IMG/VR virus record: IMGVR_UViG_3300029060_000343
Origin: a virus
Length of the DNA stretch: 64,000 bases
Strand: one strand, 5' to 3'
Shown here: positions 9,455 to 18,445 of the stretch, in pieces
How the letters are laid out: every line of letters starts with the position of its first letter
How positions within the stretch are numbered: position 1 is the stretch's first letter
The notes under the pieces: generated by a model
The model's input: only the letters and a program-made list of their open reading frames with translations
Database searches by the model: none
Told to the model about the DNA's origin: nothing
Made by a program: the position numbers and the translations under genes

Positions 9455-10021
9455 TCATTCCGTTGCCCCATCGGTAACATTTCCAATATCCAGGATCAAA
9501 TCGCTGGAATCGGAATTCACGACACTGGGCAACTGGCCGTTCCATTTTTCATAATACTGCTGTTTCAAAATCTTTTCCGTGATGGAGTCATTTAGCAGCT
9601 TATTTGCGTCTGCTTCACCCTGTGCCTTAATAACCGCCGCGTCGGCCTCGGCCGCCTCAATCTGCCGCTTATTTTCGATCTGCTGCTTTTCGTAAGCAAG
9701 CTGCGCGGTCTGTTTGTCGGCGATTGCCTGATTGTAAGACTCCTCGAAATCAGTATTGGCAATAACAACTTTGTTGATAAATACCACTTCGTCACCGTAT
9801 TTTTGATTCAACGCTTCCTGAATCTTCTCCTGCGCGAGAGGCTCAATAATTCCTCTGTTTGTCGCATCGGTGGAATTTAATTCCTTACTACTGCTCTTGA
9901 TTGCAGAAGCAACCAGGCTATCAGAAATCAGATTCTTTTTATAATCTGATATGTTTGCATAGATCCATGCGCTCTTTTCGGAATTGATCGTATAGGTAAC
10001 AGTTACGCCCTCATAATACAA
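9455..10021 (-). CDS. SPFH/band-7 (prohibitin/HflC-like) domain protein, C-terminal region only; possibly truncated
   Basis: The EAAEADAAVIKAQGEADANKLL segment is typical of the SPFH C-terminal helix; weak TTG start with no good RBS; lies directly next to the IS605-like element. Confidence 0.4.
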   Translation of the reverse strand: MYYEGVTVTYTINSEKSAWIYANISDYKKNLISDSLVASAIKSSSKELNSTDATNRGIIEPLAQEKIQEALNQKYGDEVVFINKVVIANTDFEESYNQAIADKQTAQLAYEKQQIENKRQIEAAEADAAVIKAQGEADANKLLNDSITEKILKQQYYEKWNGQLPSVVNSDSSDLILDIGNVTDGATE

Positions 10022-10029
10022 AATCGTTC

Positions 10030-10266
10030 TTTCGGATTTTTCGCTCCATACCTGCCCGGTGTAAGTAATATCCTACTGTTTATTATTTGCCTAGCTAATC
10101 TTCTGGACAAAAGGAATCTTCCAGGTGAACTACCCCGACTTATAGAAGTCGGAACTTCCTAATTCAACCACCGCTGCATTGATCACGATACACGCAATCA
10201 ACGTCTTACGCAATGTCCACAGGCGTATGAGTTCGGGCTATTCCGTCCCTACTATAAATATTTGAT
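10030..10266 (-). ncRNA. putative omega-RNA (right-end RNA) scaffold region of the tnpB element
   Basis: Position immediately 3' of tnpB, as in characterised IS605 TnpB systems; no direct sequence evidence. Confidence 0.25.
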
Positions 10267-11400
10267 TTATGCTGCTGTCAGTGTCCGCAGGCCTTCCTGC
10301 AGGATGTTGATGGCGGCATTCCTGTCCCTGCCCATCGTCAGACCACAGTCACATTTCATGGTGCGGACCCTGAGATCCTTCATTTCCGGATGCAGGGAAC
10401 CGCAGCAGTGACAGATCTGGGATGACGGAAACCATTTATCGACCTTGATGAGATACTTGTTTCTGTCGGCAAGCTTGTATTCGAGCATGGACAGAAACAT
10501 GCCATATCCGTTATCCAGGGTAGCTTTACCGTTCCCGAAACCTTTGTTTGCCATGGCACGCATATTTAAGGATTCCACGCATACGACATCATACCGGTTG
10601 GCTATCCCGGTAGAGATCTTATGCAGGTTATCCAGACGCTGATTGGCAATGTGTTTGTGGATCCTGTTGATCTTACGGAGCTGCTTTATGTAATTACTGG
10701 ATTTCACTTCATTCTTACGGGAACCCTGCATGCGTGACAGCCGGCGCTGCGCCCTGGCAAGCTTCCTGCTGCTCTCGCGGTAGTATTTATGATTCGTGCC
10801 AACGTTGCCGTTGTTGTCCACGTACAGCCCATCAGAGGCATAATCCAGTCCGATGGCGTTGGTTTTATCGGCAGTATAGGTATTTACAGGAGTTTCGAAT
10901 TCGAACAGGACGGAGACATAATACTTCCCGTCGGATTCCTGGGATACCGTGGCAGATTTGATGTTCCAGTCGTCTCCGGGCATACGATGGATGACAGCTT
11001 TTACTTTACCGGCCTTAGGCAGCCTGATAAAGCCGCCGTCCACGATAGCAACAGTACCCTTCTGGTTGTTGGTGGTATAAGACCTGCGGCTTCGCTTTGC
11101 GGACTTGAACTTAGGAAAACCAGTATTCTTCTTGTGCGACTTACTGAAACAGTTACGGAAGGCAGCCTGCAAATCCAACTGCTTGTTAGCAAGCGCAAGG
11201 CTGTCCACTTCTTTAAGATATGGATGATCCTTCTTGTATTTGGCAGGAGTGATAGCAGGGAATTTACCGGTAGTTTCATAGCCCTCAATCTTATCGGACA
11301 GCATGAGATTATAAACCTTCCGGCAGCATCCAAAGGTTTTTGCAAACAGGGCGCGTTGTTCAGTCGTAGGGTAGATCCGGTATCTGTAAGCATGGTTCAT
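10267..11400 (-). CDS. tnpB: TnpB (IS200/IS605 family OrfB, RuvC-like RNA-guided nuclease)
   Basis: Conserved OrfB N-terminus (YRYRIYPT), RuvC-I (GLDYA), RuvC-II (VESL), CHCCG...CDCG zinc finger, and RuvC-III (RDRNAAINI). Confidence 0.85.
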   Translation of the reverse strand: MNHAYRYRIYPTTEQRALFAKTFGCCRKVYNLMLSDKIEGYETTGKFPAITPAKYKKDHPYLKEVDSLALANKQLDLQAAFRNCFSKSHKKNTGFPKFKSAKRSRRSYTTNNQKGTVAIVDGGFIRLPKAGKVKAVIHRMPGDDWNIKSATVSQESDGKYYVSVLFEFETPVNTYTADKTNAIGLDYASDGLYVDNNGNVGTNHKYYRESSRKLARAQRRLSRMQGSRKNEVKSSNYIKQLRKINRIHKHIANQRLDNLHKISTGIANRYDVVCVESLNMRAMANKGFGNGKATLDNGYGMFLSMLEYKLADRNKYLIKVDKWFPSSQICHCCGSLHPEMKDLRVRTMKCDCGLTMGRDRNAAINILQEGLRTLTAA

Positions 11401-11804
11401 CGAAAACTGTCACCTTTCTGTAAAATATCTTTCTTACTTATTATGAAAGATTATATTTGTTATATTAGGTTTTTGGCTCGTAATCAAAACCAAGGACGAG
11501 CCGCGTTGATCGCAATTTATCCTACCACTTATAGAAGGCGGGGATTTCTTGCTCGCGGCTTGTTAAATCCGTTCTGTACGGTCCGATTATCAATCTGTCC
11601 AAAAGTGATCCGAACGCCAGTATATCCTGTGGGGATAATCGCAAAAGACTGACCGAGAACACAAATAGCTAATCCCAGGATAAATTCATGTAAAATCCTT
11701 TTTGTTTTTGATGCTTTACTCTATTTTTCTTCAGTTAAAAAAATATTATGAAAGAAAATCATGATATAAAAACAGAAAACTCCGGAAATATTCCGGAGTC
11801 AATG

Positions 11805-12152
11805 TTACCTTTCTGAAATTGCCGCCGCATACGCCAAATAACATGCAATATCGCCAAGATCTTTTCTGCCAAATTCTTTTTCCAAAGGCATTTTATTATA
11901 CCTAAGAAAAATATTCAGACAATCCATAAACCGATCATGTGACGATGTACGATATTTGTCGTTTTCCATCTTCCACGTATTATCATGCGTTGCCCATTCC
12001 ATACGGTATTTGGTATACTTGATTGCTGCACTAAGTAAATCCGTTGCTAACTCCCTATTATCCTCATCTTCGCCAGATAGAGCATTCGGAAGCATGGTGC
12101 TTACGAGTATAGCGATATCTTCACATTCGGAATTGGTAAAAAAACTATTCAT
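11805..12152 (-). CDS. hypothetical protein (start revised to MNSFFTN...)
   Basis: GGAAGGAGGAA RBS before the internal ATG; terminator and motif upstream at 11742-11799. Confidence 0.5.
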   Translation of the reverse strand: MNSFFTNSECEDIAILVSTMLPNALSGEDEDNRELATDLLSAAIKYTKYRMEWATHDNTWKMENDKYRTSSHDRFMDCLNIFLRYNKMPLEKEFGRKDLGDIACYLAYAAAISER

Positions 12153-12492
12153 AGAAAAGTTCCTCCTTCCGGTCATCTAGCTCATGAAATAGCTCTTTTA
12201 CGTTTGTATACTCTTCTATTATCTGATCCATATCTGCTTCAGACAGATTAACTGCAGAATAACTTTCGATATGTTTATCGTTAAAGAGCGGGTCGTAAAC
12301 CGGTTTAAATATAAAATGAAATTCATTTTTGCATTTTGTTGGAAGTATAGAAACATGTTTTTCGGTAAATTCTTCTCCGGTATCAAAAACGAGCCGGACA
12401 TCATATCCATAGCCCTGTAATATGCGGACAATATGCTTTCCGCCATCAGGATTAGATGTTTTTTCTTCCTTTATAACTTTAAGCTGATACAT
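12145..12492 (-). CDS. hypothetical protein (115 aa)
   Basis: ORF track; motif at 12523-12538 upstream. Confidence 0.5.
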   Translation of the reverse strand: MYQLKVIKEEKTSNPDGGKHIVRILQGYGYDVRLVFDTGEEFTEKHVSILPTKCKNEFHFIFKPVYDPLFNDKHIESYSAVNLSEADMDQIIEEYTNVKELFHELDDRKEELFYE

Positions 12493-12554
12493 TCGTCTCC
12501 TCCATTTCTCTAGTATTGTATCATTAATATGTCAGAAATGGAAAGAGGAAATAT

Positions 12555-13424
12555 TCAGCGCTCAATATCTTTTGCTGAACAGCTATTAGGATGTTCATAA
12601 TCGCCATTTAGCACATCCTGCAGAAGAGAAGATCTTTCCGGTACTTTTTCTTCTATTTGTACTGTCCCACCGTGATCGCTCGATATTTCCATGACTACAT
12701 TTTTGAAAATTTCCTTTCCTATATACCCGTTTTCGCTTTTATCAAAATAACACGATGCACCGCCAAGAGAAATATTACCGACCGTTTCAATGTCGTATTC
12801 TCCATATTTTGTAGGATTTTCGAGGCTGATCTGACAACCATCGCGAAAAGTGACTATGCCGGTTTTGCGTTCGTTCATGAAAATCTGTAAATCTTCCGAT
12901 ATATCTGCGGAAGCGTATTCATTGAATTTTTCTGTCATTTCGTTTTTATTCAGCTCTGGATAAGATTTTTCCTTTGCTTTTTCTACAACCTGGTCCAGGA
13001 GATGCTCTGATTTCTCGAGTGTTCCTTTTTCGAACAATTCGTTTGTCAGGTCTGCACAAAATTTTGCAACACGGTAGTGATTGTCCTGGCTGAATTTTAG
13101 TAATCCATGTTCCTGTGTCATCTGGGGTTCAAAATCAAATATTTTTTGCTGTCCATTTCGTCTTGCAATATCATTGACATTTTTGCAGGCAGCGCAGGCC
13201 TTGTCATGAACTTTATTTCTTTCGTCGTTTGCCTTTTCGATTCTTGCTATATATTCCGACTGATCTATTCTTTCGGAAATAAGGAATGCGCGATTTCTTT
13301 CAATAGCAAGCTCCTGATTAGCGACTGTATTGACATATTTGGTTAATGTCTGTGCGTATTCAACGATTTCATCTGCACTCCCGGGAACTTTTTCCATAAG
13401 TGCGCTAAGTTTTTCTATATACAT
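12555..13424 (-). CDS. hypothetical protein (289 aa)
   Basis: ORF track; motif at 13446-13461 upstream. Confidence 0.55.
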   Translation of the reverse strand: MYIEKLSALMEKVPGSADEIVEYAQTLTKYVNTVANQELAIERNRAFLISERIDQSEYIARIEKANDERNKVHDKACAACKNVNDIARRNGQQKIFDFEPQMTQEHGLLKFSQDNHYRVAKFCADLTNELFEKGTLEKSEHLLDQVVEKAKEKSYPELNKNEMTEKFNEYASADISEDLQIFMNERKTGIVTFRDGCQISLENPTKYGEYDIETVGNISLGGASCYFDKSENGYIGKEIFKNVVMEISSDHGGTVQIEEKVPERSSLLQDVLNGDYEHPNSCSAKDIER

Positions 13425-13445
13425 AAAAACACCATCCTTTCTGCC

Positions 13446-13461
13446 ATTAATATGACAGAAA
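13446..13461 (-). promoter_or_regulatory. conserved intergenic motif copy (ATTAATATGACAGAAA)
   Basis: Upstream of 12555..13424. Confidence 0.5.
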
Positions 13462-13477
13462 GAACGGGTATAAAATC

Positions 13478-13930
13478 CTAAAGCAGTATCTTCTCTAACA
13501 GTTTCTTCCGCTCATACTCCTCTCGTACTGCGTTCAGGTCAGTTGGTTCCTTTATGGTAAAACGAGCTCTTAGGAATCTTTCCATATCTTTTTCGATATT
13601 CTCTATAGTTCCTTTTGTGGTTTTTCCAGGTCCTGCTGTAAGATAAAAAGTCCATTTTCCGAGAGCGTTATTGCCACGTCTCCCGTTTTCATCCGGAGCG
13701 AGGTCACAGCGAATTTCGATTCCGGACAAAGATATCTCCTTACATTCCGGTATCCAACGGTAATCTGTTATTACTCTCATCGCACCGCAAAATAACTGAA
13801 ACAACACGTTTCGGACATCATTCCAGTGTTCTGCACAGTCTATTTCTATCGTCTGCAGAAACCATTCGAACTCAAAATCCATATCAAGACGGGATCCGGG
13901 TGCTTCTGCAGCTTTTGTTCCTTCAAACAT
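13478..13930 (-). CDS. hypothetical protein (150 aa)
   Basis: ORF track; motif at 13958-13973 and hairpin 13990-14015 upstream. Confidence 0.5.
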   Translation of the reverse strand: MFEGTKAAEAPGSRLDMDFEFEWFLQTIEIDCAEHWNDVRNVLFQLFCGAMRVITDYRWIPECKEISLSGIEIRCDLAPDENGRRGNNALGKWTFYLTAGPGKTTKGTIENIEKDMERFLRARFTIKEPTDLNAVREEYERKKLLEKILL

Positions 13931-14261
13931 AATTTTCTCCTATTCTGTTATATATAACTATTATGAAAGATATTTTTTTAAATAACAAAATTTCCCGGAG
14001 CGGGGACTCCGGGAAACGCATCAAAGATAAAAGGGGAATCAGATCTGTTTTCATCTGATAATACTATTATAACAGCTTTGAAATTTATTGCAAATTTCTG
14101 CACAGAAATTATTACAAAGAAAAATAAACAAAAATAACAATACAAAACAGTATGTATTTAACAAAACAACTGTTCCATATTGTATTAATTTTAAAAATAT
14201 GATATTTTCGTTATGGCAAAAGTAGATAGATGTTTTTGTTTACGAAAGAGAGGCGAAAATC

Positions 14262-14375
14262 ATGGAAAATAATCATGAAACAAGCGGATCTAATGGACAA
14301 CCACAATCAAATCTAACCGAGCTTCTTTTATTCCTTCTTCTTATTTTTTTAATTCTTGTTCTAATTAAATTCTAA
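14262..14375 (+). CDS. small hydrophobic peptide (37 aa; MENNHETSGSNGQPQSNLTELLLFLLLIFLILVLIKF)
   Basis: AAGAGAGGCGAAAATC-ATG RBS; C-terminal TM-like segment; immediately followed by a perfect intrinsic terminator (14389-14422). Confidence 0.4.
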   Translation: MENNHETSGSNGQPQSNLTELLLFLLLIFLILVLIKF

Positions 14376-14388
14376 TTTTTCTTCTAAA

Positions 14389-14422
14389 GGAGATCTACTG
14401 TGCATTAGTAGATCTCTTTTTC
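14389..14422 (+). terminator. perfect intrinsic terminator after the 37-aa peptide gene
   Basis: GGAGATCTACT-GTGCAT-TAGTAGATCTC followed by TTTTTC. Confidence 0.65.
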
Positions 14423-14648
14423 TAATTGAATTCGCCTCTAACCACCATCATAATAGCAAAAAAATATTAAAAAAACTATATTTAATAGCTACAATTTTTT
14501 GCTACATTATTTGGAAAATGTGCACAAAAAACATTTTTTAATTTTGTATAGTATTTATTTATGTAATGGTTTAATATTTTTTTAAAAAGGTTATAATGAT
14601 ACGAAAACATATGTTCCGCCGAAAACTAAATTCATTCTTTGAAATTAT

Positions 14649-15083
14649 TTATTGATTAACAAAAAAATAAACGTCATAAACATCTGCATTTTGATGTGAT
14701 GAGATTTTAAAATATGCCTCGCATATTTTTAAGTAGTCAACTCTCCTTTTGGGAGGAATTGCTATTTCATATCTCGGATAAATGTAACGATACCAAAACA
14801 GATCCAGACACCGGTTTTGTTCGTAATACTCCATCCTTGGTTCAATAATTTGCAGAATTCCGCCTGATTTTAAATATCTGTGGAGACACTGAATCACCTT
14901 CGGTATATCAGCATGATGTAGTACGTTTTTAAGGCGAAATTCATCAACGGATCCTTCTTGCAATCCAATAATTTCGTTTGTTTCTGTATTGTATACATAA
15001 TTCAAATAGGGACCTTGAGTAATATCACATGTTTTATATCCAGGATATGGATTATATCCGCTGCCAAAATCAATTTTAAGCAT
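14649..15083 (-). CDS. small class I SAM-dependent methyltransferase-like protein
   Basis: KIDFGSG matches SAM-binding motif I (glycine-rich loop); FRLKNVLHHADIPKVIQCLHRYLKSGGILQIIEP matches the post-I/II segment of Methyltransf_11/23-type folds. Confidence 0.45.
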   Translation of the reverse strand: MLKIDFGSGYNPYPGYKTCDITQGPYLNYVYNTETNEIIGLQEGSVDEFRLKNVLHHADIPKVIQCLHRYLKSGGILQIIEPRMEYYEQNRCLDLFWYRYIYPRYEIAIPPKRRVDYLKICEAYFKISSHQNADVYDVYFFVNQ

Positions 15084-15092
15084 ACTGCACTC

Positions 15093-15893
15093 CTACGCCA
15101 AGTCGTGGTTTCCTATATCATGGCAGTAATCTTCCCACACAGAATAGACTTTATGGGAATACCGTTCATTAGAATGACAATTCGGTGCAATGATAATATC
15201 TGTCTTTTCGTATCCGGCTTCTTCCGTATCTGCGGATGCGTTTTTATCTCCATGATACCCAAACAGCCCAAATTCTTTTCCCTTCCACTCAAACGTGAAG
15301 AAATTATGTCCATCACTACGTAATAATTTAGCGCCCATGCCATAAAGCAGATCTTCATAGCTGTCTTTATAGTTTAAATTGTATCTGCCCATAAGATCTT
15401 CACATACAACCACGCCGATATCATCTGCTAAAATCATATCAACAAGTTCATATAACTTTTCCCCAGTAGACTCCCAAGATTTTGGAAGATTGATGCGTAA
15501 ATTAGGCACGTACTTTTTTGCAATCAATATCTGTTCTCTTCTGGCCTTATATTGTTCTTTAGAAGATATAGAGATTGCCATTTCTTCCAGTCCATTTTCC
15601 ACTAAAGCTTTTGTTAATTCTTCAGTTAATTTTGTACCATTTGTTACCAGACAAATTGTATTTACGTATTTATTCACTACTTCGAAATAATCTACGATAT
15701 TCGGTAAAAGCAAACTCTCTCCGCCCATAATGGTGGCTCTTTCCAGCATACCTACTTTTTTCATAATCTCTTCCATTTTTTCAATATCTAATATCTTTTC
15801 TCGCTTCTCCGGCTGAAAGCAAAAATAGCAGTTTTGATTACAATGAAAATTTGTGATAATTCGATACCGGAACACTCTATGATTATGTAACAT
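15093..15893 (-). CDS. radical SAM enzyme (viperin/MoaA/SPASM-core-like; no full SPASM Cys set)
   Basis: CNQNCYFCF (CxxxCxxC), GGESLL, and VTNGTKL...AISISS motifs. Start set at the ATG after the GGAGGAAAAT RBS. Confidence 0.65.
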   Translation of the reverse strand: MLHNHRVFRYRIITNFHCNQNCYFCFQPEKREKILDIEKMEEIMKKVGMLERATIMGGESLLLPNIVDYFEVVNKYVNTICLVTNGTKLTEELTKALVENGLEEMAISISSKEQYKARREQILIAKKYVPNLRINLPKSWESTGEKLYELVDMILADDIGVVVCEDLMGRYNLNYKDSYEDLLYGMGAKLLRSDGHNFFTFEWKGKEFGLFGYHGDKNASADTEEAGYEKTDIIIAPNCHSNERYSHKVYSVWEDYCHDIGNHDLA

Positions 15894-15906
15894 ATTTTCC
15901 TCCATA

Positions 15907-15930
15907 GAAAATGCCCCTGAATGGGGCATT
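15907..15930 (-). terminator. hairpin (attenuator/terminator) between the micro-ORF and the downstream radical SAM gene
   Basis: AAAATGCCCCTGAATGGGGCATTT, about 14 nt upstream of the radical SAM RBS. Confidence 0.5.
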
Positions 15931-16001
15931 TCTGTTAACGATTATTTATTCTCAGTAATAATAGCTAACTGACCGCATGCAGCTTTTGCAGTAATTTCTG
16001 C

Positions 16002-16067
16002 TTCAGTCGCAATGGCAACTGCGTAATCATAACCTGCTGCTCTTAACTGATTTGCGATTTTTTCCAT
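16002..16067 (-). CDS. micro-ORF (21 aa, MEKIANQLRAAGYDYASCHCD) between the two radical SAM genes
   Basis: AAAGGAGGAAAAATTC-ATG RBS. A second overlapping frame stays open to 15941 (…AVAIATEAEITAKAACGQLAIITENK). Followed by hairpin 15907-15930. Confidence 0.3.
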
Positions 16068-16088
16068 GAATTTTTCCTCCTTTATGTA

Positions 16089-16904
16089 TTACATCAAATT
16101 TCTTTTCTCGATAATACCAGATCCCATATGATTTTTCTCAGAAATCTCGTTCTCGTTAATAGGACTTAATTTTATAAAGAAATATCTAGGATCAAAATAT
16201 TTGGTCAAGATATTGATGTCAAAATCTTCATAGTCTACCAATGTCATATTGACAGTTGTTTTCAAATTACTATTTGTCCGAATCTGGCCCAGTTCTTCGA
16301 TAGACATCAGATTACTGATAGGAATTAAATTGTGTCGTCTTTCCTCATTAAGACTATGTAAGCTTACTTGTAACGTAATATTGTCTTTAATCCAGCTAAA
16401 ATCACTTCCCTGTAATCCAACTGTAGAGATATAATGATGCGTTCCTGGATATTTTTCGTCAATTATCTGAATGGCTTTTTTTACTTCTTCTATATTTAGG
16501 AACGGCTCTCCCATTCTGGTGTAATTGATTTTATGTTCCCAAGCATCTTCAAATCGATATTCCGGATTCTGTTTGATAATAAATTCCACCTGGGCTACAA
16601 TCTCTTCGGCTGTTAAGCAACGCCATCTTTTAAGTTTTCCGGTTGCGCAAAATTTACAATGCACAGGACAACCGCTCATACAACTAACACCAATCATCCA
16701 TCGATTGGTCCGGTCTCCAACTTCATATGTCTTCAGTGTGTTTTCATTGTTATTGATTGCGTCCTTTGTATAATTTGGTAAAAAAGTATCGGTGACTTCC
16801 AATGGATATCCATCCTCTGTTTCTAATGCATATACCTTTCCATTTGTAAAGGATCTGCTGCGTAATTCTTTTAACATAAGCACCTCCGTTTGTTTTTCTA
16901 CCAT
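16089..16904 (-). CDS. radical SAM enzyme, RlmN/Cfr-like (RNA methylating family), short form
   Basis: CPVHCKFCATG (CxxxCxxC followed by ATG, as in RlmN/Cfr) and RMGEPFLN (MGMGEPLLN-like). 271 aa, shorter than canonical RlmN. Motif at 16903-16919 upstream. Confidence 0.55.
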   Translation of the reverse strand: MVEKQTEVLMLKELRSRSFTNGKVYALETEDGYPLEVTDTFLPNYTKDAINNNENTLKTYEVGDRTNRWMIGVSCMSGCPVHCKFCATGKLKRWRCLTAEEIVAQVEFIIKQNPEYRFEDAWEHKINYTRMGEPFLNIEEVKKAIQIIDEKYPGTHHYISTVGLQGSDFSWIKDNITLQVSLHSLNEERRHNLIPISNLMSIEELGQIRTNSNLKTTVNMTLVDYEDFDINILTKYFDPRYFFIKLSPINENEISEKNHMGSGIIEKRNLM

Positions 16905-16919
16905 TAATATGACAGAAAA
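16903..16919 (-). promoter_or_regulatory. conserved intergenic motif copy (ATTAATATGACAGAAAA)
   Basis: Upstream of the RlmN-like radical SAM gene. Confidence 0.5.
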
Positions 16920-16964
16920 AGAGACAAAAAGATCATTTCTAAAAATTATAAGCTATATGTTAAA

Positions 16965-17160
16965 AGGATAATATTATATCCCTCATATGATTGAAAGTGA
17001 TAGAATTATGTTCCTTTAATTAATGAATTTAAAGGAATAGTGTATTATCCCTTTATGCAACCGGCACAGATTATTGTCCCGCTCATATTAAAAGTACCAA
17101 TATACTATCCCTCTCAAAACAATAAAAAAGAGGAACAGCTATCTGTCCCTCTCCGTTATT
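16965..17160. repeat. four degenerate direct repeats (…TATTATCCCTY / CTATCCCTCTC) at 40-70-bp spacing, iteron-like
   Basis: ATATTATATCCCTC (16970), GTATTATCCCTTT (17041), ATATACTATCCCTCTC (17100), GCTATCTGTCCCTCTCC (17140). Confidence 0.4.
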
Positions 17161-17678
17161 ATTGGTAATATTTCATTTACAGCTTTTTTAAATTCATCCA
17201 AATTACCGTATGCTCCCGCATTAATAATTGGAATATTATGATCCATGGCAATGCGAATTGCCTGGGCTGTTCCGCCGATCATTTTTCCACCACTTGTATG
17301 GCAAATAATGAAATCAACTGGATCATTAAGATCTTGCCCCAATATCTGATAAGCATCTCTTGCGATTAGTTTCTTTGCTGCTGGCTTCAGTGCAAACCAA
17401 TTCGGATGATAGTGGATGCTAATTTTTTCTACTGTTTCCGGAATAGGATCTGGCAAAATCAATTCAGAACCATTTCCATTAAATCCTTTCCATGGAAGAT
17501 AAATCTCTTTAGGTCCATTATATATATCACAGCCATCTTCGAAAGCTATATCGGCGCCATCAGCGGCTCCAGATCTTAATAGAAATCCTCGTTTGGCAAA
17601 ATATCGACCAAGGTAGTCAAAGAGTCCAAGGATTTCTTTTGGAGTTTTTCGGCTACCAATTCCTGCATATTTAATCAT
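17139..17678 (-). CDS. DprA/SLOG-family Rossmann-fold protein
   Basis: GIGSRKTP...RSGAADGADIAFEDG resembles the DprA/Smf and SLOG nucleotide-binding signature. Confidence 0.5.
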   Translation of the reverse strand: MIKYAGIGSRKTPKEILGLFDYLGRYFAKRGFLLRSGAADGADIAFEDGCDIYNGPKEIYLPWKGFNGNGSELILPDPIPETVEKISIHYHPNWFALKPAAKKLIARDAYQILGQDLNDPVDFIICHTSGGKMIGGTAQAIRIAMDHNIPIINAGAYGNLDEFKKAVNEILPIITERDR

Positions 17679-17702
17679 TTACTCTTCTCCATTTACAAAT
17701 AA

Positions 17703-18428
17703 CTAAGTGGGAACAAATAAAATTTGCTCATATAAGCAAATATCCTGCATAGACACCTGTTTATTGATATGCATATGTCCGAAGTACCATTTCTTATATT
17801 CCGTTGTGGCTCGTACTTCTTCCAGATAGTTAGAAATAATATCCGCCTGGTAAAGGCCTTTGCCGCCCATTAAAAACATATTGCTGGTGCACGGACTATG
17901 GGAAATAATTTTCATCCTTGCATGGTCTTTATTCCAGTCTGAGTCATCAAACTCTATAGAAGTTCTTATTCGTCTCATATACAATGTTTTGTTTGGTTCA
18001 GAGTCTGGTATATACCACGCATTAGCTTCTTTCTCATAGAAATCTTTAGCTGTATCGTCTACCCATCCTATAATTGTGTAACCATAACCACAAGACTTCA
18101 TCTGGTCAAGGCATTCATAAAATATTTCAGTTCCAACACCTTTACTTCTATGAGCTTCTGCTACCCCAAACGGTCCAAAATACCCTTTTCCCGTACAATC
18201 ATAACAAGCAAAACCAACTATCTCATGTTCAATAACACTTATAACGCATTTTCCTTCATGTAAAGCATGGTTTATTTCCATCAGCCAACCTTTTTCATCA
18301 GGAAACTCTTTTCTTACAAAGTTTAAAACTCTTTCAGAGTCACTAGGGAACACAACCCTTGTACCATATTTACAATCAATTCTCCATCTGTCCTTTGCAT
18401 ATAAATTAACTATCATATCTCCTATCAC
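17703..18428 (-). CDS. GNAT family N-acetyltransferase
   Basis: Acetyl-CoA-binding motif A (HRSKGVGTEIF) in a ~240-aa protein. Confidence 0.55.
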   Translation of the reverse strand: MIGDMIVNLYAKDRWRIDCKYGTRVVFPSDSERVLNFVRKEFPDEKGWLMEINHALHEGKCVISVIEHEIVGFACYDCTGKGYFGPFGVAEAHRSKGVGTEIFYECLDQMKSCGYGYTIIGWVDDTAKDFYEKEANAWYIPDSEPNKTLYMRRIRTSIEFDDSDWNKDHARMKIISHSPCTSNMFLMGGKGLYQADIISNYLEEVRATTEYKKWYFGHMHINKQVSMQDICLYEQILFVPT

Positions 18429-18445
18429 AATATTAACCCCCTTTA

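Larger units (their letters stand above)
10030..11700 (-). mobile_element. IS200/IS605-family tnpB-only element (IS1341-like), boundaries approximate
   Basis: tnpB 10267..11400; ~240-bp noncoding tail 3' of tnpB (10030-10266); 5' flank has a subterminal hairpin (GGCTCGT...ACGAGCC at 11470-11500); no tnpA in the window. Confidence 0.5.

Noticed and set aside
15093-15893. Confident call of a prokaryotic viperin (pVip)
   Set aside because: The CxxxCxxC, GGE, NGT and AISxxS core is shared by MoaA, SPASM and other radical SAM subfamilies, and the C-terminal half does not resemble viperin by eye. It is kept as viperin/SPASM-core-like only.
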